The notes under the pieces were generated by a model. That model saw only the letters and a list, made by a program, of their open reading frames with translations. It had not been told where the DNA came from and ran no database searches. Source: an uncultured Gammaproteobacteria bacterium (GTDB taxonomy: Bacteria > Acidobacteriota > Terriglobia > Terriglobales > Acidobacteriaceae). Taken from it: a DNA stretch of 64,000 bases. Shown one piece after another: positions 36,292-51,240 of the stretch (positions are counted from its first letter, which is position 1; each line of letters opens with the position of its first letter). The translations under genes and the position numbers were made by a program. The stretch covers positions 7,395-71,394 of the forward strand of contig CAVUSA010000002.1 in assembly GCA_963744015.1 (NCBI GenBank), written 5' to 3'.

Positions 36292-36801
36292 TCAGGGCTT
36301 GGAGGTCGGGTCCGGCGTCATGGTGGCAAGATCGACCGGGATCGAGACGTGCTCGTGTGCGATAAGCCACTTGCCGTCGGTCTTCTTCAGGCCGTCGGTG
36401 ACGCGGACCGTCAGGCGCATCGGCTTGCCGCTCTTGTCGGTCGCGTTGAACTGCTGGATAGAGCGGGCAAAGGCGACGTCGCCTCCGACGGTCACGTCAA
36501 GGTCGCTGATTCCAGCCTCCAACGCGCCGGGAAACATGCTGAAGGTATCTTCCCAGTCTTTGCGGTAGGCTGCGGCGCCGACGTACTGGCGCGGCGGGAC
36601 GGCATCGAAGACGACCAGGCTGGAATCCGCAGCATAGTTGGCCATGATGCCATTGACGTCTTTTGCCTGGATGGCTGCCACCACACGCGCTTCAAGCGCC
36701 TTGATATCGGTTTCATCCTGCGCCCGGGTATCGGCAGGCTTGCTGTTGCATCCGGCCAGACAGACCAGAAGGGTTGCGGCGGCCATCACTTGGGTTTTCA
36801 T
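36292..36801 (-). CDS. SnoaL/NTF2-like lipoprotein
   Basis: LAGC lipobox; FDAVPPRQYVG; WLIAHEHVSIP. Confidence 0.85.
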   Translation of the reverse strand: MKTQVMAAATLLVCLAGCNSKPADTRAQDETDIKALEARVVAAIQAKDVNGIMANYAADSSLVVFDAVPPRQYVGAAAYRKDWEDTFSMFPGALEAGISDLDVTVGGDVAFARSIQQFNATDKSGKPMRLTVRVTDGLKKTDGKWLIAHEHVSIPVDLATMTPDPTSKP

Positions 36802-36999
36802 CTTCGCTCCGTACCTTTTCGTTAAGGGGTTCGGTTTGGCTGGCAGCAGTCGACCGGCCGCGGCTTGGCGGGGGCCCGGGTTGGTGCGCGGCCTGGGTAC
36901 GGTGGTTCGGGGGAGGAGATGACCTTAGCAGAGAACGAGCAGGTCCGCTATGGAGGGCCGTTCCGGTGATGTTGGTGCAGATCGGGGGTGTATCTGGGC

Positions 37000-37101
37000 G
37001 CCCCCTCGTCGCGCCTTTGGCGTGGGCGACGAGTTGGTCCGGCCATCCGCCCACCGTCGGGTCACCCACTCATCGCGATGAGGCTGCGATGAATGGGGCA
37101 C
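37000..37101. repeat. REP-like doublet
   Basis: cccactcatcgcgatgaggctgcgatgaatggggcac (37065..37101) plus degenerate ctcgtcgc...gcgacgag hairpin upstream. Confidence 0.6.
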
Positions 37102-37113
37102 GGGAGGGGACTT

Positions 37114-38508
37114 CTACGCAGGCGCGGATTCGAGGGCCTGCAGCAGCAGCGGCGCGATCGAGCTTACGCTGCCTGCACCCTGGGTGAGGATGAGGTCGCC
37201 GGGGCGGGCGCGCTGGGTTACGGATGTGATGGCGTCCGCGATGGAAGGCGCGTAGCGCGCGTTTGCGCCGGCAACGTGCGCGGCGAGGGCTTGGGCGGTG
37301 ACGCCGGCGATCGGCTCCTCGCTGGCGGCATAGATGTCCAGCACCTCGACCGAGTCGGCCTCGCCGAACGCGCCGGCGAACTCCGTCATCAGGTCGCGCG
37401 TGCGGGTGTAGCGGTGCGGCTGAAAGATGACGTGAACCGCCCCATAGCCGCACTCGCGGGCGGCTTTCAGCGTCGCGACAATCTCCGTCGGATGATGCCC
37501 GTAGTCATCCACCACAGCCACGTCGCGCACGCGCCCCTTGAGTTGGAAGCGGCGGTCGACCCCGCGGAACGTAGCCAGGCCCTTGCCGATCTCTTCGGGC
37601 GCAACCCCGAGCTGGATGCCAACCGCGATGGCAGCCGTCGCATTCAGCAGGTTGTGACGTCCCGGGACGTGCAGGTCAAATGGTCCCAGCAGCAGCCCAC
37701 GGTAATTCACGTCGAAGACCGCATGCACCCCCTCGCGCGGCGGCAACAGCTCCAGCCGGAAGTCCGCGTCGGCGCTCTCGCCGTAACTGTAAACCTTGCG
37801 CCGGCATCGCGGAATAAGCGACCGCAACCGCGCATTGTCGATGCAGGCCGTGGCCGCGCCGTAGAACGGCAGGCGATCCATAAACTCGAGGAAGGCAGCG
37901 TCCACGTCTTCCATGCTGGTGTAGCAGTCCATGTGCTCGCGGTCGAGGTTGGTCACCACGGCCAGGATGGGGGACAGCTTCAGGAACGACCGGTCGCTCT
38001 CATCTGCCTCCGCCACCAGGTACTGGCTCGTGCCCAGGCGCGCATTCGAGCCCAGCGCATCCACTCTCCCACCCACAACCACCGTAGGATCCAGCCCTCC
38101 GCCGGCCAGCACCGCGGCGATCATGCTGGTGGTGGTCGTCTTCCCATGCATCCCGGCGACGGCGATGCCGTACTTGAGCCGCATCAGCTCGGCCAGCATC
38201 TCCGCGCGCTGAATGACCGGAATCTTGCGTCGCCGCGCTTCTTCCACCTCGGGATTGGTAGCCGAGACCGCCGAACTCGCGACCACCACGTCGCTCGCGG
38301 CCGAGTTCCCCGCGGCGTGGCCTTCGAAGATCGTCGCCCCGAGACCCGCCAGCCGGTCGGTCGCTTGCGAACGCCGCAGGTCGGAGCCCGAAACGGTGTA
38401 GCCCATGGTGAGCAGGATCTCTGCAATGCCGCTCATGCCGATGCCGCCGATACCAATGAAGTGAATCCGTTGTGACGGCGCCAGCAGGATGTGTCCCGGT
38501 GCGAACAT
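37114..38508 (-). CDS. murC: UDP-N-acetylmuramate--L-alanine ligase
   Basis: GIGGIGMSG, GMHGKTTTT, EADESD, DDYGHHPTE, FQPHRYTR. Confidence 0.98.
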   Translation of the reverse strand: MFAPGHILLAPSQRIHFIGIGGIGMSGIAEILLTMGYTVSGSDLRRSQATDRLAGLGATIFEGHAAGNSAASDVVVASSAVSATNPEVEEARRRKIPVIQRAEMLAELMRLKYGIAVAGMHGKTTTTSMIAAVLAGGGLDPTVVVGGRVDALGSNARLGTSQYLVAEADESDRSFLKLSPILAVVTNLDREHMDCYTSMEDVDAAFLEFMDRLPFYGAATACIDNARLRSLIPRCRRKVYSYGESADADFRLELLPPREGVHAVFDVNYRGLLLGPFDLHVPGRHNLLNATAAIAVGIQLGVAPEEIGKGLATFRGVDRRFQLKGRVRDVAVVDDYGHHPTEIVATLKAARECGYGAVHVIFQPHRYTRTRDLMTEFAGAFGEADSVEVLDIYAASEEPIAGVTAQALAAHVAGANARYAPSIADAITSVTQRARPGDLILTQGAGSVSSIAPLLLQALESAPA

Positions 38509-38614
38509 GCACACCAGACTATCAGCGTGTACCGTGTGGGAAGATCGAAGTCGCCGCAGAAGCGTCTAAAGTATAGACATCCGCACAAGCAATCAGCGGA
38601 GACGGAGCAACACC

Positions 38615-39298
38615 ATGGCTTACGACGTACAGCGCCAGCTCGATCCCCGGACCGGGACCTGGGCTACCACCATCGACGTTCCCCGCGAAGAGACCGCTTC
38701 CCTGCTCTCAAAGGTTCTCGCCATCACCTCGATTGGCTTCCTCATCACCGCGGCGGGAGTCGCCACCGCGCCGGCGTGGGCCACGCTGCCCGGCATGATC
38801 GCCGTGTTCGCGCTGGTGCTCGCCATCACGTTTGCGCGCAAGGCCAGCCCCGCGCTCGCGCTCGGCATGTTCCTGGTGCTGACCTACTTCATGGGCTGGG
38901 AGATCGGCCCGCTGATCCACCGCTACATGGTCACCATCGGCCCGGCGATCGTCTTCCAGGCCGCTGCCACGACCGGCCTCGGCATGGCCTGCATGGGCAT
39001 TGTCGCCTACCTGTTCCACATCAACTACCGGGCCGTCACCGGCATCGCCACGGCGCTGCTGCTGGGCCTGATCCTGCTCGGCATCGTCAGCATCTTCTTC
39101 CACTTCATCACGCCCGACGCCTACTCCTGGATGACGCTTGGCATCTTCACCCTGCTGACGGTTGGCGACTTCGCGCGCATACGGGCGGGTGGCGACGGCG
39201 CCTCGGCAACGGTGCTGGCGCTCAGCATCTATTTGGACGCCATCAATATCTTCCTGGCCGTACTGCAGCTTCTGGGCGGAGGCCGCCGCCGCGATTGA
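38615..39298 (+). CDS. Bax inhibitor-1/YccA family membrane protein
   Basis: About 7 TM; ALSIYLDAINIFLAVLQLLG. Confidence 0.9.
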   Translation: MAYDVQRQLDPRTGTWATTIDVPREETASLLSKVLAITSIGFLITAAGVATAPAWATLPGMIAVFALVLAITFARKASPALALGMFLVLTYFMGWEIGPLIHRYMVTIGPAIVFQAAATTGLGMACMGIVAYLFHINYRAVTGIATALLLGLILLGIVSIFFHFITPDAYSWMTLGIFTLLTVGDFARIRAGGDGASATVLALSIYLDAINIFLAVLQLLGGGRRRD

Positions 39299-39393
39299 GT
39301 CGGGTCGGCTAACTTCAGCGGCCTCGACTGCATCTGTCTCCATACGACCTCTGATGTCTGCTATCGAACATAAGGGACTGGATTGGAGACACA

Positions 39394-39711
39394 ATGCCCA
39401 TCATCGGACCAACCATCGACCATGTCGAGATCCGTTCCTGGGCCAATCGGAATTCGATTGTACCGACGGAGCTTTTCCCCCACCGCGTGGACCATGAGCC
39501 CGCACTGCTGCAGTTGATGCCTGCCTCGCTCGCGCGGCAACGCAAGGACTTGCGGCTCATTTCGTGGGAAGAGTTCTTCGCGCGCTTCGACCTGCTGGGC
39601 CTCGCCTTCATCTACGACGACGAGGCCAGCGGATACAACGAGTTGCTGCAGCGCGACGAAAAGGCTCCGCGGTTGACGGATGCCAACCGGCGCGAAGTCT
39701 TTAAGCACTAA
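39394..39711 (+). CDS. Hypothetical protein
   Basis: GGAG RBS; TIDHVEIRSWA and ISWEEFFARFD...LAFIY motifs. Confidence 0.65.
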   Translation: MPIIGPTIDHVEIRSWANRNSIVPTELFPHRVDHEPALLQLMPASLARQRKDLRLISWEEFFARFDLLGLAFIYDDEASGYNELLQRDEKAPRLTDANRREVFKH

Positions 39712-39746
39712 GCCGGTTGTGCTGCGCGTCCAAAACTGATGGCAAC

Positions 39747-39780
39747 GTCATTCTGGCGGAGCCAGAATCGCTGTAGTTGC
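39747..39780. repeat. GTCATTCTGGC REP-like repeat, opposite orientation to the copies at 59.4 and 63.4 kb
   Basis: gtcattctggcggagccagaatcgctgtagttgc. Confidence 0.7.
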
Positions 39781-39813
39781 GCTTGCCGATGCGCTAGACC
39801 TCGGAATGCGTCC

Positions 39814-41309
39814 TCAGTGCTTGTTCACCATCTCCTGCACGTCCTTGCGCAGCGCGAGCGAGCTGGCCAGGCGAGCGTAGTACATGTGGCCGCCGGGATA
39901 CTCGTGTACGGTGACGCGGGTCGGATCGCCCATGCTGGGAATCTGGCTGACCGTGAGGACCGAGCCCATGAACGGGCAGCTCAGGTCGGCCCAGCCGTGC
40001 GCGATGACGACTCGCAGCTTGGGGTCCGTGGCGACGGCGACGCGCAGGTCCGTGGCTGAGGCCGAGCCGGCGAACGCGCCGTTGCGTCCGCTGTTGTCCC
40101 ACAGGCGGTTCACGTCGAACGAGAGCGCGTTGTAGCGGGCGTCGGTCTTCCAGCCGACCACGCGCGTAACCCAGTCGACCATGGCAGTCGTTGTCGGCGC
40201 GATGATCGAGAGCAGGATCGGGTCCTGCGTCTCCTGCGTGGGGTTATAGGGGAAAGGGTCATACGCCGTGACGTTCGGGTCGTAGCGTGAGCCGAGCTTG
40301 CCGGTTTCGCGGAACTCCTCGCGCAGGAACGCCTGTGTCTCCAGCCGGCCGCCGGACTGGCGCACAAAGGTCGGGTCCAGCCCGGTCAGTTCAGTCACCT
40401 TCTTCACCAGCCGGGGCGTCGCCTGCGGGTCGGAGTTTCCCTTCAGCAGATCCTCCACATACTCTCCGCGGGTGTAGTCGATCACCGCCTTCATGTTGGC
40501 GTCGCGTCAGCATCCCCTTGCGCTCATAGTTGGCCGCGACGATCGAAGGCAGGGTCAACATCCACGGCACGGGCGAGATATCCGGCGAGCCGCTCGACGG
40601 GTTGAGCGCCGGCGAGACCAGCACCAGTCCATTTACCGCCACGCCGATCGTCGACTGCAGGTAGGCGGTCAGGCGCGGCCCGCGATACCCGCCATAGCTC
40701 TCGCCTACGATGTACTTGCGCGATTCCAGGCGGTTGTTCTTCACCAGCCAGTCGTAGACAATCTTCGAAAGGTAGGCGATGTCCTGGTCCGGACCGTAGA
40801 AGAGCTTGCGGCTCTCGGCCTCTGAGACCAGCGGACTGAGAAAATCCGGTGCCGATGGGGTCGATGAAGACGAGGTCGGTGAAGTCCAGCCAGGTGCCGG
40901 GATTGTCTTTCATCGTCGCCGGGTCTGAGGGACTCTGGCCTTCGGCGCCGAAGTCCACGCGCTTCGGCCCGATGGCGCCCAGGTTCAGATAGACGCTCGC
41001 GGCGCCGGGGCCTCCGTTGAACGCAAACGTCACCGGACGGTTGGGCGCATCGACGATGTACGAGGTGAAGACGACTTCGCCGGTGGCTTTGCCTTCGACG
41101 TTCTTGACCGGCAGCGTGCCCACCGTGGCGGTGTACTTCAGCGGCTTGCCGTCCAGCTCGATCTGCTGCGCCACATGCGCGTCCGCCGGCAGCGTCGACG
41201 CGATGGGGTACTTGATGGCATTGTCGTCCGGCTTCTGCTGGGCCGGGACGGATACGGCGAAGACGGGCGCGGCAAGGAGCGCGCAGGCGGCTGCAATACG
41301 TAACTTCAT
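39814..41309 (-). CDS. Serine carboxypeptidase, peptidase S10 (frameshifted)
   Basis: FNGGPGAAS, DLVFIDPIGTGFS, GESYGG, YPGGHMYY; signal peptide. Confidence 0.9.
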
Positions 41310-41337
41310 GCAGCCAGAATACAGCAGCGGGCGGCCT

Positions 41338-43208
41338 TCACTTTCGCTTGGGCTCCGTGGACCGCTCCGGCTGCCACGCGCCCGACATCGCAAACGCCGC
41401 GTGGGCGAGCGCGATGTGCGAAAGGCCTGCGGGAAGTTGCCGGTCATGCGCTTCGCCACCGGATCCTACTCCTCCGCGAGCAGGCCGACGTCGTTGCGCA
41501 GCGGCAGCAGCCGGTCAAAGAGCTTGCGCGCGTCGTCCTTGCGGCCGATCAGCCAGAGACACGTTGACCAGCCAGAAGCTGCAGGCGAGGAACACGCCTT
41601 CGCCCGGCGGCAGGCCGTCCTTCGAAGTGCGGGTGTTGTAGCGCATGACGAAGCCATCCTTGCATCAGGTGCTTCTCGATGGCCTCGATGGTGCCGATGA
41701 TGCGGGGATCGTCCATCGGCAGGAAGCCTACCAGGCCGATGCGGAGGCAGGAGGCATCCAGCTCGGTCGAGCCGTAGAACTGGGTGAAGGAGTTGAGCTT
41801 CTTGTTGAAGCCCGTGTCGCAGATCTCCTTGTGCAGCATGTCGCGGTTCTTGATCCAGCGCTTGACGTCGCCACCGCCGTCGAATTGCTCGTAGTGGCGG
41901 ATCGCGCGGTCGAGCGCCACCCAGGCCATCACCTTGGAGTGGGTGAAGTGTTTGCGTCCGCCGCGGGTCTCCCAGATCCCGTCGTCCGGCTCGGTCCAGA
42001 TGTGGCACAGATGGTCGATCAACTGCGCCTGCAGCGCCGAGGAGGAGAGCTTGATATCGTCCGGAAACGGCGTTCGCGCCAGCGCGGAGGCGACCTCGCC
42101 GAAGACATCGAGCTGAAACTGGTAGGCCGCGGCATTGCCGATGCGGACCGGCCTGGAGTTCTCGTAGCCGGGAAGCCAGTCGGCCATGCACTCGTTCAAC
42201 TGCCGCTCGCCGCAGATGCCGTAGATGGTCTGCACCTGCGTGGGTGTACCGGCGATGGCGCGCAGCAGCCAGCGCCGCCAGGCAATCGCCTCTTCCTGGT
42301 AGCCGGCGCGCAGCAGGATCAACAGCGTAAAGGCGGTATCGCGCAGCCAGCAGAAGCGGTAATCCCAGTTGCGCGGGCCGCCGATCTGTTCCGGCAAGCG
42401 AGGTCGTCGCCGCCGCTACGATCCCGCCCGACGGCCGGTAGGTCATCGCCTTCAGCGTCATCAGCGAGCGCCGCACTGCCTCCGCGTAAGCTCCCTGGTA
42501 GGTATTCCGCGCGTTCCACTCCTGCCAGAAGGTCACGGTGTCGTCGAAGGCATCGTGGCGAATGGATCGGTTTCGGATCTTCGACCGGAGCGCTTGCCGT
42601 CCTTCCCCACCGAGGAGGCGTAGGTCAGCGCGAACGAAACCTCCTGCGCCTGCGCGCACCGTGAACTCGCTCACCGTGGCCATGTCCTCGCCCCTGAGCG
42701 TCGCGTCCGTGCGCAGCACGGCCATGTGCGGGCCGGCGATGGCGCGGATGCCCTCCTTCGATGTGCGTGACCCACGGAATCGTACAGGCCGAAATCGAAG
42801 CGGAGCGCCAGTTCCATGCGCATGTCCACATGGCCGCTTTGTCCCGCGCACAATGCGGACGACATCCGAGTTCTGCCCGCGCGGCGGCATGAAGTCCACC
42901 AGCACGGCGGTTCCGGTGGAGGTCTCGAAGGTGGTTTCAACGATCAGCGTGTCGGGCAGATACCGCAGATCGTTCGGCGGTACGTCGCGGCTTGGGCCGC
43001 GCGCCGGAGCGATCTTCCAGAAGCCATGCTCCTCGGTACCCAGCAGCGCAGCGAAGCAGGCATCGGAAGAGAAGGTCGGCCAGCAGAGCCAGTCGATCGA
43101 ACCGTTGCGCGCGACCAGGGCGGCGGTCTCGCAATCGCCGATCAGCGCGTAATCTTCGATCCTGACGGCGTGCAGCGGAGGAGACTTCGGCGGTCGCTGG
43201 AAAAACAA
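41338..43208 (-). CDS. Glycoside hydrolase family 15 (trehalase/glucoamylase-like), frameshifted
   Basis: IEDYALIGDCETAALV, RNWDYRFCWLRD, FQLDVFGE, GIWETRG, NDVGLLAEE, GNFPQAF. Confidence 0.9.
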
Positions 43209-43400
43209 GGGTGTTCTCCGGAGAGTTCGATGCTGATGATGTTTTGCAGGCGGCCATCAACCCCCGGCCCGTCGCCTGCATCTGTAGTATTGCTCACGAT
43301 GCTTCCCGTGGCCCGGTTTCCGGCCAGCTATAGGATGCTTGTGGCGGCAGAACGTTGAACCAGAAACACAAGGCTTTGAACGGAGCAACAACTTCAGTAC

Positions 43401-45480
43401 GTGAAAGCTGGGCTGGATGAAACCTTCCGAGGGTCGCAGCCGCGTTGTTATCGAGGAGTTCAGCCGCAGGTGAACTGCGGACGATACCCGGCATGCCGGA
43501 TCGTAGGCGACGAGGTGACGGTGACGGCTGCCATCTTCGGCGATGGGCACGACCACCTTTCCGCGCGCTTGTTGTACAAGCACAAGACCGACCGGCGATG
43601 GCGCACCGTTCCGATGGAGGAGATCGGCAACGACCTGTGGAAAGCCACCTTCATGGCCAACAAGCTGGGCATGTGGCGGTTCACCGTCCAGGGCTGGGTC
43701 GACCACTTCGATACCTGGTGCAGCGACCTGAAAAAGCGGCTGGCCGCGCAGCCCGATCCCGCCAAGCCTGGACGCGTCGAGCGTCTCGCAGGATATTCCC
43801 GTCGCCCTGCGCACGGGGGCGCTGCTGCTCGAACATGCCGCGCATCGCGCCACCGGGGCCGACAGCCGCAACCTGATGGAGATGGTCACGTCGCTTCGCT
43901 GGATGGCGGATCAGAACGCCGCGTTCTACGAATATCCCCTGAACGATGAGGTCGTTGCGCTGGCCGCGCGTTACCCCGATCTGCGCTACGCGACGCAGTA
44001 CGAGCCCGACCTGCCGTTCTGGGTGGATCGCGAAGGAGCGCGCTTTTCCGCCTGGTACGAGCTGTTTCCGCGCTCGACCTCGCCTGATCCCCGGGCAGCA
44101 TGGCACGTTGCGAGGATGTCGAAGCGCAGCTGCCCGAGATCGCGGCGATGGGCTTCGACATCCTTTATATGCCGCCCATTCACCCCATCGGCACGGCTTT
44201 TCGCAAGGGCAAGAACAACTCCACCACCGCGGAGCCCGGAGACCACGGAAGCCCCTGGGCCATCGGCGCCGCGCCGACCAAGGACAACGAGGGCGGGCAC
44301 AAGGCGATCCATCCGGACCTCGGGCACGTTCGACGACTTCGACCACCTGGTCGCCGGCGGCACGCGAGCACGGGCTCGAACTCGCGCTGGACATCGCCTT
44401 CCAGTGCTCGCCCGATCATCCCTGGGTGAAGGAGCATCCCGACTGGTTCATCATCCGGCCGGACGGCACCATCCAGTACGCGGAAAATCCGCCGAAGAAG
44501 TACCAGGACATCTATCCGCTCAACTTCGAAAGCTCCGACTGGCGCGGGCTCTGGGATGAGCTCTACTCGGTCTTCGAGTTCTGGATCAAGCGCGGCGTCA
44601 AGGTCTTCCGCGTCGACAACCCGCACACCAAGGCGCTGCCCTTCTGGGAGTGGTGCCTGGCGACGCTGCGCGAAAAGTATCCCGACGTCATCTTTCTGGC
44701 CGAGGCCTTTACCCGCCCGCACGTCATGTACTCGCTGGCCAAGGGCGGGTTCACGCAGTCCTATACCTACTTCACCTGGCGCACCACCAAGGCCGGAGCT
44801 GCAGACCTACCTCGAAGAGATCACGCAGCCGCCGGTCAGCGACTTCTTCCAGCCGAACTTCTGGCCCAACACCCCGGACATCCTGCACAAGAGCCTGCAG
44901 GAAGGCGGCCGGCCGGCGTTCATGCAGCGCCTCATCCTGGCCGCGACGCTGACGGCGAACTACGGCATCTATGGCCCCGCCTACGAACTCGGCGAGAACA
45001 TTCCCGCCAAGCCCGCGCCGGGCAAGACCGAGTCCGAAGAGTACATGGACAGCGAGAAGTATGAGATCCGGCAGCGCGACCGCAATGCAGCCGGGCTCGC
45101 TGGTGCCGCTCATCACGGACCTCAATCACATCCGGCGCGAAAACATCGCGCTGCAGTCGAACGGCTCGCTGCACTTCCATCCGGTCGATAACCCGAATCT
45201 GATGTGCTACTCGAAGTCTGCCGTGGACGAGAACGGAGCGAAGAACACCATCCTGGTGGCCATCAACCTGGACCCCAAGCAGGAGCAGGCGGGCTGGATC
45301 GACCTCGACCTGAAGCGGCTGGGCATTCCCTACGACCAGAACTTTGACGTCGAGGATCTGCTGACGGGCACGCACTATACCTGGCACGACCGCTCCAACT
45401 ACGTTGCCCTGCGGCCTGAAGTGCAGCCCGCGCACATCTTCCGCGTCACGACGACAGCCGAACCGCCGAAGACCGCCTGA
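43401..45480 (+). CDS. glgE: Alpha-1,4-glucan:maltose-1-phosphate maltosyltransferase GlgE (frameshifted)
   Basis: [61 protein letters not shown]. Confidence 0.93.
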
Positions 45481-45693
45481 TCACCCGGGCTTTTCGGCAG
45501 CCTTCTTCGCCATTGCCTGGCGCATGGCTTCTTTCGCGAGCTTGTCGGCGGCGTTCATGCGTTCGATGGAGCGTACCTTTTCTTCCCAGGACTTGGAACG
45601 CAGGTAGTTCCGCATCGAAAGTTTCGCTCTAGCGTTGAATACCGTGCGGTGGGCGTCGAGATTTTCGTCGTTCTGCCAGGCGTCTTCGGTCAT
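45481..45693 (-). CDS. Small helical protein coupled to the nucleotidyltransferase gene
   Basis: 70 aa, ATGA overlap with upstream gene, SWEEKV motif. Confidence 0.6.
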   Translation of the reverse strand: MTEDAWQNDENLDAHRTVFNARAKLSMRNYLRSKSWEEKVRSIERMNAADKLAKEAMRQAMAKKAAEKPG

Positions 45694-46193
45694 CTCTGCT
45701 CCTCAATTCGACTCAACCTTTCTTCCAGTTGGAAGCGCTGAACGAGTTGTACCAAGGCTTCACGATCGACCGCATCCTCTTCAAAGAACATACCCACCCG
45801 CAAGAAATCCTTGGTGCGGCCGGTCTGCAGCGCGATAGCACAGAGATGCTCGGCTGTGAAAACTCTTGTCGGGACACCCCGAAATTCGAGGGCGATGGCA
45901 CGTGCAATCGCCTCTCGAATGAGGGCATTCGCGTCCGTCAGGACTTGCACCGGCCACATGCCGAAACGCACAAATTCCCGGTCGACGACGCCCCCTTGCG
46001 CAATCAAAGCCGCGTAGATTGGGCTAAGACTGATCAGACCAGAACTCGGTAGCGATAAGGCGATAAACACATCCAGGTCCTCCGTTTGGACTGCCTGGAT
46101 GTAAAACGCAGCTCCCACCGCGCCGCCGATGGCGTAGTCCGCGATGACCCCGTCGGCTACCAGCTGATTCATCGCCCTGAGCGCCTCTTGCAT
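45690..46193 (-). CDS. Nucleotidyltransferase-fold protein (AbiEii/DUF6036-like)
   Basis: YAIGGAVG, TEDLDVF, GRTKD motifs. Confidence 0.7.
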   Translation of the reverse strand: MQEALRAMNQLVADGVIADYAIGGAVGAAFYIQAVQTEDLDVFIALSLPSSGLISLSPIYAALIAQGGVVDREFVRFGMWPVQVLTDANALIREAIARAIALEFRGVPTRVFTAEHLCAIALQTGRTKDFLRVGMFFEEDAVDREALVQLVQRFQLEERLSRIEEQR

Positions 46194-46215
46194 CCAAATC
46201 CCTGCCCACAGCAAA

Positions 46216-49822
<3,607 letters not shown>

Positions 49823-49840
49823 GCTGCGAGACGGAGAGCC

Positions 49841-51067
49841 ATGGCCACCATCAGCACCACACCCAATCCGACTTCGACGACCGAGGCGGCGGCCACCGGG
49901 CCCGCATCGGCAGCACTGCTCGTCAGCGTCGCTTCCATGCCGCGCGAGGCATTCGAACAGATCCTCGAGCACCTGGGGCAGGCCTTCGCCGGCCAGTCCG
50001 TCGTCGTGGCAACACCGGACGCCGCCGCGCAACCAACGCCCGCATCCAGTGGCGGACTGCACGTCGTAGGGTATACGCCGGCAGCGCCCTCGCCCGGAAG
50101 CTGGACCCTTGTCGCCGCGGACTTCCTCAACGCGCATGAGCTTGCCCAGCAGCACCAGGCCCACGCCGTGCTCCTGCTGGGAACCGAAGCGCAGTCCCTG
50201 GAACCCGGCGCGCTGCGCGCCCTGGCGGATGCCGTTCTCGAGAACCGCACCGACCTTGCAGTGCCCCGCTACACCCTCCCCGCCCGCGCGGGCCTGGTGA
50301 ACTCGGCCATTCTTTATCCCGTGTCCCGAGCTCTGTTCGGCACTTCCGTGCGGTTTCCGCTGGCGATCGACCTTGGTCTTTCCTCCCGGATGCTGGAGCG
50401 TCTGGCCACCGCCGCGCAACGCTTCACCGCAGCCAACCAGCCCGACGCACTGCTTTGGCCGGTAGCAGAAGCCGCCGTCGGCGGCTGCACCATCACGCAG
50501 ATCGATGTAGGCACGCGCACCGTGCCCCAGCCCGCCGGGGCCGATCTGAACACTGTCCTTGCGCAGGTTACCGGCTCCTTGTTCGCCGACATTGACGCCA
50601 AAGCCGCCTTCTGGCAGCGCTCGCGTCTTGCCCCGTCCGCCAGGCCCGCGCCTCCCGCACCCGCCGGGCGCCGCGATGACCGAAGATGTTCAGCCGATGC
50701 TCGAAGCCTTTCGTCTGGCCTACAGCAATCTTCACGAAATCTGGTCGCTGGTCCTTCCGCCCCATTCGCTGCTGGGCCTGAAGCGGCTTTCCATCATGCC
50801 GGCCGCGAGCTTCCGCATGCCCGATTCCCTGTGGGCGCGCATCGTCTACGACTTCCTGCTGGCCTATCGCCTGCGCACCATCAACCGCGGCCACCTGCTG
50901 GGCGCGCTGACGCCCCTTTATCTCGCCTGGGTGGCTTCGCACATGTGCTCGCGACCGGCGCCGCCGGCGATGGCGACCGCCACATCGAAGCGGTGGCTGC
51001 GGCCTTTGAGGCCGACAAGCCATACCTGGTCTCGCGCTGGCGCTGGCCGGACCGATTCAACCCTTAG
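49841..51067 (+). CDS. Glucosylglycerate-synthase-like GT-A protein, apparently degenerate (frameshifted)
   Basis: AVPRY, ILYPVSRALFG..RFPLA.D.GLS, WARIVYDF, LTPLYLAWVAS, FEADKPYLVSRW. Confidence 0.6.
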   Translation: MATISTTPNPTSTTEAAATGPASAALLVSVASMPREAFEQILEHLGQAFAGQSVVVATPDAAAQPTPASSGGLHVVGYTPAAPSPGSWTLVAADFLNAHELAQQHQAHAVLLLGTEAQSLEPGALRALADAVLENRTDLAVPRYTLPARAGLVNSAILYPVSRALFGTSVRFPLAIDLGLSSRMLERLATAAQRFTAANQPDALLWPVAEAAVGGCTITQIDVGTRTVPQPAGADLNTVLAQVTGSLFADIDAKAAFWQRSRLAPSARPAPPAPAGRRDDRRCSADARSLSSGLQQSSRNLVAGPSAPFAAGPEAAFHHAGRELPHARFPVGAHRLRLPAGLSPAHHQPRPPAGRADAPLSRLGGFAHVLATGAAGDGDRHIEAVAAAFEADKPYLVSRWRWPDRFNP

Positions 51068-51240
51068 CCGCAGCCGTCCTGTTCGCTCCGCAGCTCACCC
51101 CACGAACACGCCGCTTCCGCAAAGCCCTTGAGGAGTTCGCCCCATGCAAATCGCGATCCAGCCCAGTCAATATCCGACGCAGGACCCGGGCACCTACCCG
51201 GCGCCGGGCTATCCGGACAATCCGTCGATCCTGGCAGCAC

